Assembly (NCBI GenBank): GCA_003344405.1
Contig: NOWV01000220.1
Span: forward strand, 62,001-112,202
Length of the DNA stretch: 50,202 bases
Origin: Trichoplax sp. H2
Taxonomy: Eukaryota
Reading direction: 5' to 3'
Shown here: positions 13,357 to 25,716 of the stretch, piece after piece
Position numbering within the stretch: position 1 is the first letter of the stretch
Layout: each line of letters opens with the position of its first letter
The notes under the pieces: model-generated
Told to the model about the DNA's origin: nothing
The model's input: only the letters and a program-made list of their open reading frames with translations
The model's database searches: none
Translations under genes and position numbers: made by a program

Positions 13357-15088
13357 ATGCCCAGCTACCGTTTAACGTACTTTGACGCTCGAGGCCGTGG
13401 CGAAGTTATTCGTTATTTATTTGTTTTAGCTGATGTCCCTTATCAAGATGTTCGCGTTACTTCGGAAGAATGGAGAGAGATAAAAAGTGGTTGGTGCTGT
13501 AATATATTTTTAAACATTGCTAATTTTGCCCCTAAAAATCAATCCAGCTTCAATCTAGAAATAGAATGTAGTGCAAAGAAATTCAGTATGTATCCTAATC
13601 TCTCTAGCTGTACGCAATCTATAGAATCATAGTACTACAGCTTTAATGCTGTCGAGACAGCGAAATAAAATTACTCTATTTCCTTTTATCGCTTCTATAC
13701 AATTGTCAATTTTACCATTAGTGGTAATCTGTCAGAAATTGACATAGTTTTCCTACTGTACTTTTTAGCTATGTAAAAATATAATAACTACATAATATAA
13801 ACAATTATTTACGATGAAAATGATTGAAAAGTTTTAATCTAAACTGCAGACATTAAGGCTCCTTTTGGACAACTGCCGATATTAGAAGTTGATGATAAAG
13901 TACTGTGCCAAAGTGACGCAATTGCAGTCTATCTTGCTCGAGAATTTGGTAGGCATTGATAATACTGTATAAGTACTTAAGATATACGAGTAAATCTAAT
14001 TGCTACTCGTCTTACACTATAATTATTTATCTATTTCTTATAGTTAATTGTAGGATGTTATTACTATACACTTGTACGCTTATTACTCCTTAGTTACGGC
14101 TTTAATTAAACATAACTCGCATTGATCTTGTACAATTATACTTATGTTTCGAGTTTTACAACGACAAAGGCACACAAAAAGATTGTCAAGTTTATTTTGC
14201 TTTGTTTAATCGATTTATTAATGCAACGGATATAGCTAGATAAACCTTCATCATCTGAATACCTGATGTAATAATATGTTATATTGTAGGATTAGCTGGT
14301 AAAACTAGTTGGGATGAATACAGAGTTTACGTCGTTCAAGGAGCTGTTAATGATTTGATAGCTAAGCTTATTGATATTCACTACTACACGGACGAAGAAA
14401 CTAAAAAGGTAAGACTTCAGCATGGTAGATTTATAATATGATCATGATATGGCATACAATACAGTACTGTATTCAATGTAATGCATTTACTAGTAACTGG
14501 TATTTACTGGGCAGTTATCGTTAGATATCTTAATCAATGTTTTATGATGGTTTAAGTTATTATCTATTTATTACCTTCTTGTTATTTGCGGAAAGTACAG
14601 AAACTATTCTAAGCACGTAGTAATATGCAGTGACTCATGTAATAGTTTGTCAACTTTAGAAAGTTAATATGTATTTATGCATCCGGTGTCATCTTTCTAC
14701 AGGCCGAAAAACAGAAAGATTTCTCTGAAAATTTTCTTCCTTCATGGTTAAGTGCTGTTGAAAAAGTATATAAGGAAGGTGGTACCAGTTTTTTCGTTGG
14801 TGACTCAGTAAGTACTAAGTAATACATGTGAGATAGCTCCAAGCTATAATCTACAGATATATACTGTGTAATCGCTATCAACATATTCTTACTGTAATTG
14901 CATTTTACTTTTAGTTGACCCTTGCCGATTTATACTTTTTCAACGTCTGTGAGACCATCCAAGTCTTTAGCCGAGGTAGCAAAGATATCTTTAAAAGTGC
15001 CCCTGCTCTGGATGAGCTGTTCGATCGCATAGCTAATACTCCCAAAATTAAAGCTTGGAGAGAAAAGCGCCCGAAAACACATTTCTAA
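13357..15088 (+). CDS. Glutathione S-transferase, sigma class (HPGDS-like), copy 2, 209 aa
   Basis: Five phase-consistent GT-AG exons: 13357-13489, 13850-13948, 14290-14408, 14703-14807, 14915-15088 (630 nt). Intron positions and phases match copy 1. Motifs: MPSYRLTYFDARGRGEVIR, PFGQLPILEVD, QSDAI, FFVGDSLTLAD, KAWREKRPKTHF. About 64% identical to copy 1 by hand alignment. Confidence 0.96.
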
Positions 15089-15336
15089 ACATGCAGTAAA
15101 GTTGCAGCGATTTTATTTTCCTTTAGATTGGTAATTTGCGTTGCAATTCCTAACTTATGCTGGTCAGTATAAGATTCTTACAGTACTTTTTACCTCAAGA
15201 TTTCTTCATGTAAAACGAATAGCTCTAAGGTAGTAATTTCCTGCAGAGTAGTGATTTTTGAAATAGTATTTATATCGCTAAGGTGGGCCACTGGGCCTTT
15301 AAATTTTGATTTGATGTAATGCTCGGATGAAAATTG

Positions 15337-15342
15337 AATAAA
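15337..15342 (+). promoter_or_regulatory. Candidate polyadenylation signal of GST copy 2
   Basis: AATAAA ~250 nt after the stop, followed by a T/GT-rich stretch (TCTTTATAGTGTTTTT). Confidence 0.45.
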
Positions 15343-15603
15343 CGTAGAATCTTTATAGTGTTTTCTACACAGCCATTTTGATTGTTACATTTTCTTATAA
15401 CGGTTGTTATTGACAGAGCAAGCTTTGCTTACAAACGCAAGCGATCCTTAGACACATTATAATGATTGGTATAGAATTGACCATAGTACTAAGGGAATTG
15501 TACCGCACTGTAGATATCTTTTAGTACCTTGCTAATCTTAACTTGGTACGTCCATTACCGTACATTAGTTATCATAATGCGCTTTGGATTATTAACTAAT
15601 CTT

Positions 15604-15707
15604 AATATAGCATGGTACATTACTATTACCTGGATATATATAATATCGAATGATAATACTATCTGTTAATTCTATTAACAAATTGAGCATAAACGTATAT
15701 CTGACAG
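15604..15707 (+). mobile_element. Decayed fragment related to the adjacent Helitron-like element
   Basis: 15623-15671 matches 16107-16155 at 45 of 49 nt, with weaker similarity on both flanks. The 3' hairpin and CTAG end are not intact. Confidence 0.55.
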
Positions 15708-15968
15708 TTTAGCTTACCAACCTTAACATAGCATTAATACTGTATATAGTAACTACCTTATTCGGTAAACATACTAATACGAAAGTTACTGAAGGAAATT
15801 TGAATTGGTATAGAAATGAATGATCTCTAGGGTTTATGTAAATATTATTGAGAAGGTATAAGTGATTGATACACATTAGAAGGTACTATAAGTTCTATTG
15901 CTCTCATGCATTTCGTAGTATGACTCTACTGTAGTTCCCCTTTCCCGGTTATTTTTGATTACTATATA

Positions 15969-16213
15969 TCATATAACAAAAAGTGTTTCTAAGGGGATAA
16001 TGTCAGTTAGTCAGCGATCTGATAGGCGAAAGCGAAGTGAACAACGTGGAAATGCACGATCAGTACGTACATTAAATCAATCTGTTTTAAATATAGTAGT
16101 ACCCAGCTATTACCGGGATATATATAATGTCGAACGGTAATACTATCTGTTAATTATTAAGAAATGGGTACATTATCGTAAACCGTCAGCAAAGCGACGG
16201 GAGTTTGGACTAG
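15969..16213 (+). mobile_element. Short non-autonomous Helitron-like element (~245 bp)
   Basis: The 3' end has the Helitron signature: GC-rich hairpin CCGTC-A-GC-AAA-GC-GACGG (16183-16200), a 9-nt spacer, CTAG (16210-16213), then host T. The candidate 5' end is A|TCATATAACAAAAAG at 15969, which is less certain. No TSD or TIR, as expected for this class. Confidence 0.65.
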
Positions 16214-19200
16214 TCTTATCTATTCAGAAGCATTCATTAAACAACAGTTATTTAATTAGTAACGGCGTACCGTGACAGTAATAGTAAAAGAATTTTATAC
16301 AATTAGTTAAGTAAAATGTGTAAATTATCTTCTGCGGCCCTCTTATTAAAGTAGACATTATTAACACCGACTCGGAAAATGACTTTAAAAGTTTTCTGCA
16401 ATTACTTTGGTAAAGTACATTTGCGGCCAATCTTGTAGTAACAACTAACTTATTAATTTTGTTAGCATATATTCCAGATAATTTTCTAGACCGGTAGTAA
16501 AATCGTTTTATTCAAAAGTCACACTACTTTTTGACAAGTTTATTAACCTAACGTTAAGTACTTTCTTTGAGTTGCTTTTACAAAACACTAAACCAATCCG
16601 TTGTTATATCTAGTAAAATACGGTACTGCTACTATCTCGTCCGAGAACTAGCATTCTAAAAGGTTTACAATCTGTAACTGCACTATACTGTAATTTACGA
16701 TGTAGCTTTATACGGTAACGCTGAAAGACGATCAACAAGAATATTTATATAAACTCTGTCTATTGAGGTGATGTAGTGCTGTAATACTACACCTAACTAT
16801 TTTCAAATAACTTAAGCATGAAGAATTAATCTATAAATGAATAGAATGATCTTTGATCTTTGCTCTAAATTATTATGCGACTAATGAGATCAAAATCAAT
16901 GCTTTAATACACCCAATTCTTTCGTAACTTAGAAGTAAATTAATTTATAGCCCGAATATATATATATATATACTCTTTTACTTTATTTTCAATTTGAAGT
17001 TTACGTTATTTTAAACTATCAGCTGGAAATAAATGATCAACCGGTAAATTCACACATGATCTCCAATTACAACAATACCTAATTAAATAAAGTAATTCAT
17101 CAGATCTTAATAATAATTCTTGCTTGATTGGTAGTATTTGTTAACTTAAACGATCATAAACACAACTTTCATCTATCTATTATAATCTAGGGCTTCAATT
17201 ATCTTAATCACTCTTCTATATCAATCTGTTTGTACTTAAATTGTCTGTGACGAAAGTAAAATTGTGGTGAAATCTTGATTTGTTACAAGATAGGTACAAA
17301 AGGTGAGGAAATAAGCAACACCTGCTTCTCGATGAATAATATTGAATTGAGAGTATAGAAATAGAAGCTATGCATACCACTTATTAACGTACGGTCCAGC
17401 TTATGAATTATTCTGATCATTAATATCAGGGTGGAACTAAGATTGTTTTCCTTTTTAGTTCAATAATGATAACGTTAGCTTTATTGACAGTAACAAAAGA
17501 TTTGATATCAATGGAAGTAGATGAAATTCCGAAATACATATTGCCGACAAAATGACATATTACTAATAATGGAGTATCTCGCTATCTAAGATTACTACAT
17601 TTAGCAAATTAAAAGATAGGTTTGTTGTCTATTACTAGAATAGATAATAGGGTAGCAATGATGTATGATCAATGTCTGGAAGCTGCAGTTGCGAGACAAA
17701 TAAATATGCTTATTGCTAACAGAAATGGCTAACTATATCTGCCAGCTTGTTAGAATTATCATAGTGCTCAACGGTATCTGTTTATCAATAAGAAATACTA
17801 AAGTCTGATTTGCCTTCACTGTATAAGCACACCATCATGTTTAGCAATGAATTACTTGATAATAATTTTTAATTTTTTTTGCAATTATTATTACTGGAAT
17901 ATCATTCTCTATAAAAATTGTTTTACATCATCTATTAAAAAATAAACTATGCATAATGCAATAATGGATTACATTAGTAAATGGTGGGCTATCATCATGG
18001 CAAAAAGAAACTCATCAAGAAATAATCTTTACTTTGAGGTCAAGTGAACTAATTAGTAATTATTATAGAAAATTTATGCAGCTCAGTTCATAAAGTTGGA
18101 TAATAAATCAAAATACGGAGTTTAGCTATACATGCTTACTGGTATTTATAATTACGGTACTCTGCATGAAGTGGCGTACAGGCAAAATGAGTTATTTCCT
18201 TTGATACTCTGTATTTTAAATATAGATTCATTTAGCGATACTTAACAGAATGCTGTATGTCTACTTAAGACTTTTCTAATCTTCAGCAATAATGTGAATT
18301 GAGGCGAGAGAATGAACCTACTTTCGTAAAAATTATTTCATAGGTAATCGTCTCAAATAATATCGAATTGTAATTGTTTTTATCTATTGTAGCAATAAAG
18401 TCTGCGATATTCATTTTCAGAAAAACAAAAAGTTAATATGGATTTACATTTTAACTGTTGAAGATGAATGCGCATAGTTCATTCTGAGAAGGTTAACATC
18501 TCATCCTATAGAAATTTGTAGGTCTGGCTGGCTATAATATCTGCTTTGATTCTCAGAATTTCTAGTGTACTGAGACATGAGTTAAACTAGATTATTTAAT
18601 TCAAGATCATTATCATAGATAATGATACATTGACCGATAAATTTTGAATGCCAAAATTAAAGTAAAGGGTAATTAGCTAAGACCTTTGGTCACAGCTGTA
18701 TGTTCTTATTATTTGTTATTGATTCGAATCAAATCACTTATATTCATCTATCCAAAGAAATTTATTAGAAAATTTTTTTGGCAGTAATGCCTGAAACAAA
18801 TCATGATGAATTAGATGTATTCTTTATGACCAGTACCGTGCCGAAAGTGATCATTTAAACGCTTCTTTCTGTGATTGGTACGCTATTTTGGTAAGAACCT
18901 TCCACATATCCAACGATGATCCATATTGAAATATTTCTGCGATGTTTTCTTAATAAATAATTATTTCTTCTGTTCTCTGATTCCAATAACCGTGAACTGT
19001 ATCGCTTCCATCCTCAAATAACCTTCTAATAACTAATGTACACTTTAAAACTCATCAACGCTTATTGTATTTTAAGAATTTATGCTTCATTGACTGGAAA
19101 TTCTACAAATTACCGCCGGATGACTTTCCACCTTTATGTTAAAATACTTTTCATAAGGTAATCAAGTTCTTAATGTAGTATTTGACCTATAAAAGATCGT

Positions 19201-22200
19201 CGAATGAAATGAATAACTTCTTTATAGCAATAGGCTGCATTTCAATATAAAGATAAATACTATTAGAAATTATTATATGACCATTTTGTTTAATGAAGTA
19301 AATCTAATACGATTATCGCTGAAACCAACAATTTAATAGATATTACGTAAAACTATTATATAAATAAGAAAATACTTTGCAAATAATCCTGAAAAAAAAT
19401 AGTGCTTATGTATTCTATTGTTAGTTAACATGGAATATAACCGTTCCCCTAATTTCCTGACATGAGAATTTCAGAGCGGAAGTTCGATTACTCATAATGA
19501 CCAGATTTGATCCGTCTGTATTCTTCTCGTCTGCCTCTTAAGTTGCCTAAATATAGCATTGCAAGCATGATCTAAAATATATGAATTAGACGGACTAGAG
19601 ATGATTTCTATATGCTTCTGCAGATGTATCGCTTGCAAATGAAAACTTTTAGCGCACAAGTTTGATAATTCATAACACTACGATCTATAGATGTAATTAT
19701 CTCGTACTTAATTCAACATCTTTAATATTATTATGGCTAGGTTAATTAAAAATTCGAAAAGTTGAGATATGACTAGTTACTCTGATAGTCTAGAAATTCA
19801 TAGTCTATAAATTGGAACAGTACGGAAGTGAAATTAATTATTACAAAAAGATCGCACTGCTTGCGTACATAACTCGTTGTCTGTTTATTCTCACTGATAT
19901 TGCTATGACGAAGATGCTTTAAAATGTAAAATTAAGCCTTCGTGTAATTATTTGACTTAATGACTTTTTAGTATATAAGATTGGAGTAGTATAGTTCGTT
20001 AATGACTATTATTTACCAAACGAAAAGACCGTGCTGCAAGCGTTTTCATCTCACTTATCAATTTAAGTCCGTTACTATTGCCTTGAAGTAAAGTGATAAT
20101 TACACATTCGGTCATTTCGATAGGTTTCTGCTTGTGTATGAGTTGTATATTGTATAAATATCAACGTAGTTAGTGGGTCTGTAATTGAATTTTGGCATTA
20201 CTTAATTTTAGGAAGTTATAGCTATCCAGTTCTTCTTGAATTTATTACTTGAGTCGTATTACAGCTGTCTAAATACCATGGCTACAACAATTATTGTAAA
20301 CTATTAACATTGCCATGAAAATATAGCTTGAATAAGCTGCATCATTGCACATTATAATCTAATAAATTTGGCCAAAAAAATTAAAGTTCCTTATTTATGA
20401 GGTGAATTAGCTAGCAAAGCTTAAGCGAACATTACTCTTCATCTCCTTGTTCATTTATTGCTTTCAATCTGATTACCTTGCAAATTCATAAAATATGATT
20501 TCTGTCAAGTTTCGAATCATTATTTTAATTCCGCATGCAGTGATTTAAAGTTAAAAGATAAGTAAAGAGATTGTAAGCGTTGAATAATATAGTATCTAAG
20601 CAGATAATTCATATTTTGGATTTTATCAAAATTAATACTTTCATACTCGAATCTAGCTTATTATTATAGAGTTTAACATAAACATAATCCTAAAATTTAC
20701 ATTTAACCCAATTTACTTAAAGTTATTTCTATTTTTATTGCTGTCAGGTTTAGCAATATCTTATGCCTACAATAGTCTGATTAATAGACATCTTAATGCG
20801 AAGATGGAAGGGATGGGAGAAATATTCGGGTTAAAATTTAATTCTGGTAATTTTAAATGCTACTCTTTACTTTATATGGACAATACTTAAATGTCTATTC
20901 CGTAGATGCTGTGTTTGTTTGCCTATTCTTTCATCACTCAGTTCGCTTCATAGTCAATGATGTTATCTCAGCAGTTCGATGTTAGCATTTAGATTTTTTA
21001 AATGATAAACTTTTCCATTATCTTACACTATTAATCTATTGATGAATTGATGTATAATAAAAAGAAATTAATTTGAGGATTTCTAGCATTTTTCTCTCCT
21101 ACCTATCAATCAAAAGAATTTATGTGTGCTTCATCCTAAACTTCTGTACTTTGATTGGTTTATTTTAATGTTTATGACAGCGTTCAATTCTTTCTGTTGT
21201 TCTTTCATAACACAACTTGATCGTTCCATGAAAGTATACCAAATCTGATCATTATCTAAGTCATAATAGATTGTTTGTGGGTTTTATTGGAAAAATAATA
21301 TTTTTATGAGTAGACCTTTGTTGAAGTGTTGATCATAGGTTGTTTATTTACTATATAATTGGCTGTATTAAGTATAATTTATGTTTCGACATAACCAATT
21401 TATTAATCAATTTAAAAAATTTTAACGGCACGATTTAACTTTAGGGAGAAATCGGCAAAAACAATCCTTACGAATTGAATCTTTTTGGTAAGCGAATTTT
21501 TTTTATTGTCCATTGCGGTAAGCAGAGTTATAGTATGCACCCCTTATACTTCAATTATGCTGCTATGTATGATATATCTAGATGAAAGATAAATATCGTT
21601 TTGGCCATTTAATTAATTTTTAAACACTTGATGTAAACTGTTCTCATCCGGTACTGTAAGATTAATATCTACTAGATCGTATAGGTCATAAATTTCTGCT
21701 ATAGCAGGCTGCTATTTAATCACTTTACTTCTGTAGCGAGAGAAGATAGGGATGAAATATAATTACTGACGATCTTAATGGACAAATTTTAGTTAAGTAT
21801 TCGCTTAAATTAAGTGACAGATATGAAATAGCAACATCACTGCAAGTGCTATCGAAAAGTATTAACTATATTGAGAACGAAAACTATTATGAATTTTAAA
21901 TCTTTGCAAAATTTCTAAGCCATAATGTTTCCTTTAAGAAAAGCATGAATGACCGCATGTTCTCTAACTATAGTTGCAATCGTACGAATTATCTGTTTAA
22001 ACATGTCCGGTTGAATTTTTTGACGAAAGAATAGAAGATCGATATATATTTGTTATGCAATAGGAAATAACGGTCAGCATATAGGATACTACGGATATGA
22101 TTTGGCTTGCATAACCTTACATGGTTATAATTCGCAGTATATGCCTATTTAGACCTCGATATTCAAAATGTAAACGTATGCAAGTAGCTTACTACCGATC

Positions 22201-22995
22201 ATTTAATCCAATAATGAAAGCGTTATATGCTATAAAAATTGGTATATAAAGGTTTGAAATTAAAACCAACAGTCAATATCGATGAATTAGCTAAGATATC
22301 GTAAACTATAGGTACGTGTTCATAATTAAAATACATTTACGAGCATTTACAATATTGACAGCTGATTTCTACGATACGATATTCGATATTTCATCGAAGA
22401 CAGAATTGAATCAAGGTAACAATATCAGGAAGGAAATTATGATTGCTCCGTGAGAAAGAGATCTACGCGTATGTATCCCTATTTACATATTGCAAGAATA
22501 CACGTCAATTTATTCACCATTATATATGCACAGAAAAGAGTTCATAAAAGATTAGTTTCTACTGTCACTGTACCTATAACTCACCGGATATTAATACTTC
22601 TTGAGTCTAAGGTTGTTAGTAAACGTTAGAATTATGAAACTACCCATTTCTCAAGCAAATGTACATACTGTAAATCAGCTGCGATTGACGGAAGTTCCCT
22701 GTGTTACTTTTGTGGACGTTACATACATACATAGTATAAATATATATATAGAGCCTGATTCCCATACTAAAATGTAACTACTGTTATACGCAAATACCTG
22801 AGACACATTGTATAGTCATGATGATGGCATTAGTGACTATGATTATCAAGAACAAAAACTTCATCAATGCTTGTGAACTATAGAGAATACATTATTTATA
22901 AATGCAATTTAAAAAAATGGCACATTCGATTTTACATTAGCATAGTATCATTACTATCATTGAATGATATGTCACGTAATCTTTTATATCTTATG

Positions 22996-23174
22996 TGTAG
23001 ATGAGATTTTAAAAAATTATACTCTCCTTTTCAGTTAGTATCGGTGCTAGTTTCAATACTGGGATTGACCGATATATTTAATAGTCTTGTATAATCGATA
23101 TGTAGATGAGTTTTAAAAATTATACTCTCCTTTGAATTTACTATAGCTGCTAGCTTTAGTTAGATTGGATTAAC
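22996..23174. repeat. Diverged tandem duplication (period ~105 bp)
   Basis: TGTAGATGAG(A)TTTTAAAAA(A)TTATACTCTCCTTT at 22996 and 23101, with weaker similarity for ~40 nt further. Confidence 0.8.
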
Positions 23175-25636
23175 TTGTGGGATGAAAAGTAATGAAAGAT
23201 TTCACTTTACTTAGATCATACATATATTGCAATAGATTGCTACTACCACAGAGGTAATATCAGTTTAAAAATCAACGAGTCAGATAGTATAGACAGATAT
23301 ACTATGGGAGCAAAGGTGGGTCAAAGTGTTGCTCATTCTACTGTTAGATTGTTATTTAGTTGATGTCTATGATATTATTATAAGGTAGATGTTACTAGAA
23401 TTAATATGAAGATATTATCTACTGATGGAATTTATTGTGTAGCATTCTATATTTATCTGGCGAGTATCCTCTGTTTTCTATATTTTTTCAATGAGGAAAC
23501 TCGCTAATTAATCGTTTTAATGGTTATCAATATAAGAAAATAATGGCTATTCGGAAGTTACAAATTATTAGTATTCTAACTTGAGTTAAAAGAAAATCAT
23601 ACATTTTAAATAAGAGAGATAGAGATAACAATAAATTGGGATGTTAAATTCAGCTTAGCAACTAATGGTAAACAAAATAATACAGTATCACGGGCGTCAC
23701 TCGGTGACACTCTCATCAATAAGTTTATCTTCAAATTTAATTATTTCATTAAGGTATATCTAGAGTTGATTAGTTTAATCGCTTACTTAAATTAAATTAA
23801 TTGATTAATTTGGTCTAGTACTGTGACCCATTTGAGAAAAACCTTTATTTATAGCGCAAGTATGGAAATCAGCTGATTTGCGTTAAGTTGTGAGTTCTTG
23901 TGAGTTCATTGACTAAAGTTATTCTGTAGATTACTTACTGTACAACTAGTTATTAAAAGCTTTTTTAGAAGGTAAGTTCTTAGGTTTTATTGTGGTAGCA
24001 GTACATTTTAACTAGATCTTTCAACAAATTAAGGTAATAATTTGTGATAGAAAACACTGCAAAAGTAGATGCTTTATATGACATAAGTAAACTTGTCAGG
24101 AAGTAATCCGATAATGCTAGCAATCATTCAGATGGAATATCGAAACAATATGTGGAAGATACGCGTATGTCTATATATACTGTAGCAGATATGCAAGGAT
24201 AAATACCGTATGAACTTTAAAATAGTTAATCTTAACGTTTTTTATGATATCTGCAGCTAATTTACTGCCACTTTTTCTAAAATCGGAAAAGACAGTAAAT
24301 GATTGCCCTATATTCTAAGTTAATAACATTTTTATTATTGGTCTTGATCTGAAATTATATGTATTATAAAAATATAAATGTAATATTTTTGCCTGAAAAT
24401 AGTGCAGCTTATGCAAAACAGCGCTAATGTATTTTGATGATTTGCATTTATTAACATACTTTTATTAAAAGGGGATGAAGGGAAATAACGGGATTTATCG
24501 AATAAAGGTATTGGATATTAAGATTAGACCGAATTCTTTATTTTGATAGAGCTAGGGCTAAAATTTACAACTAATCAGGGTAAACATATAAATTTCGTAT
24601 TATATATGATAAGACGGTAGGAATTTCCGTTCTACATACCTCTTAGCATACATATTACCATGCATATTACAGATTTATCCCACAGATCTGCAGGGAAATC
24701 ACTATGCAGTATTTACTAGGGAGTTAGGATTACCCTGTTTTCTAGTTGTAGTCTAATAGTTTAAAGTGACAGAGGTACTAGGAAATCGATCATATCGCGA
24801 GGACATGTTACACCAGACGCTTTCAAAAATATTCTGATTAGATTTTTATATCAACATATACGTTTCTTAGGCTTCTCTATGACTCTAAAAGAATCAAAAA
24901 ACCATTAATTAATTCATATTAGTAAATGTATTGAGTGTATGAAACGAGTTTTGCTGCATATAAAATTCTCAATAAGAGCTTATATGATATTTCCATAGTT
25001 TTATAAAACGATCTATAGTTAGATATATTTAAACGCAAATGAAATAGACTTTATTTGAAAGTGTACGGAGATGGAAAATGTTAACTTTGGATTTACAAGA
25101 CCTTTTAACATAAAATATGACCTCATTCCAACCCATTAAAGCCAGAACTTTCCCTGATTTATAAAGGAATATCAAATTAATTTTATGAAACTTTAGATTG
25201 TAATGGGGTTCGTGGCTAGATGAATGTTTCAGAAAGTCTTTAATAGGAAAAATTACTTTACGATTTTATCATAGCCTAATACTACTAAAACTGTATAAGA
25301 AACTTAACTATTTTTCTATATTTTGAGGTATTGTGTCTGTAAATGCCCCAATGAGGGCATATTTGTTCTGAATCATGATTACTTAAAGCAATGGAGTTAT
25401 TAAAGTAGTCTCATAGCACCTTCTATATTACTATCTAGTCTCAAATATAAATCTGATATAAGTCTGATGTTAGTCTGCATAATTAGTTTATTATAGACAT
25501 GATTTTGACGACGATATATAAATATATAACTTTCTACCAAAGTACAGACAGTGTCTGCAGCTATCTGTTTGCTAAATCTTATAATTTATCATCTACCTCA
25601 GATAAAATTATGTAATGCAGCTGTTTGTTGCCTTTA

Positions 25637-25716
25637 TGCGATCTTGAATGTCATAATGCTGCCAGCGGCCATCGTTAACGTCATCATGCTTTTAAATGCC
25701 GTTGTGAACGTCATTT
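25637..25716. repeat. Degenerate 30-bp minisatellite (~2.7 copies)
   Basis: Units start at 25637, 25667 and 25697 and share GC(G/C)..(G/T)AA(T/C)GTCAT..ATGCT. Confidence 0.6.

Noticed and set aside
15955..16140. 61-aa ORF with a basic RRKR stretch
   Set aside because: Lies within the Helitron-like element, starts with TTG, and shows no Rep or helicase similarity.
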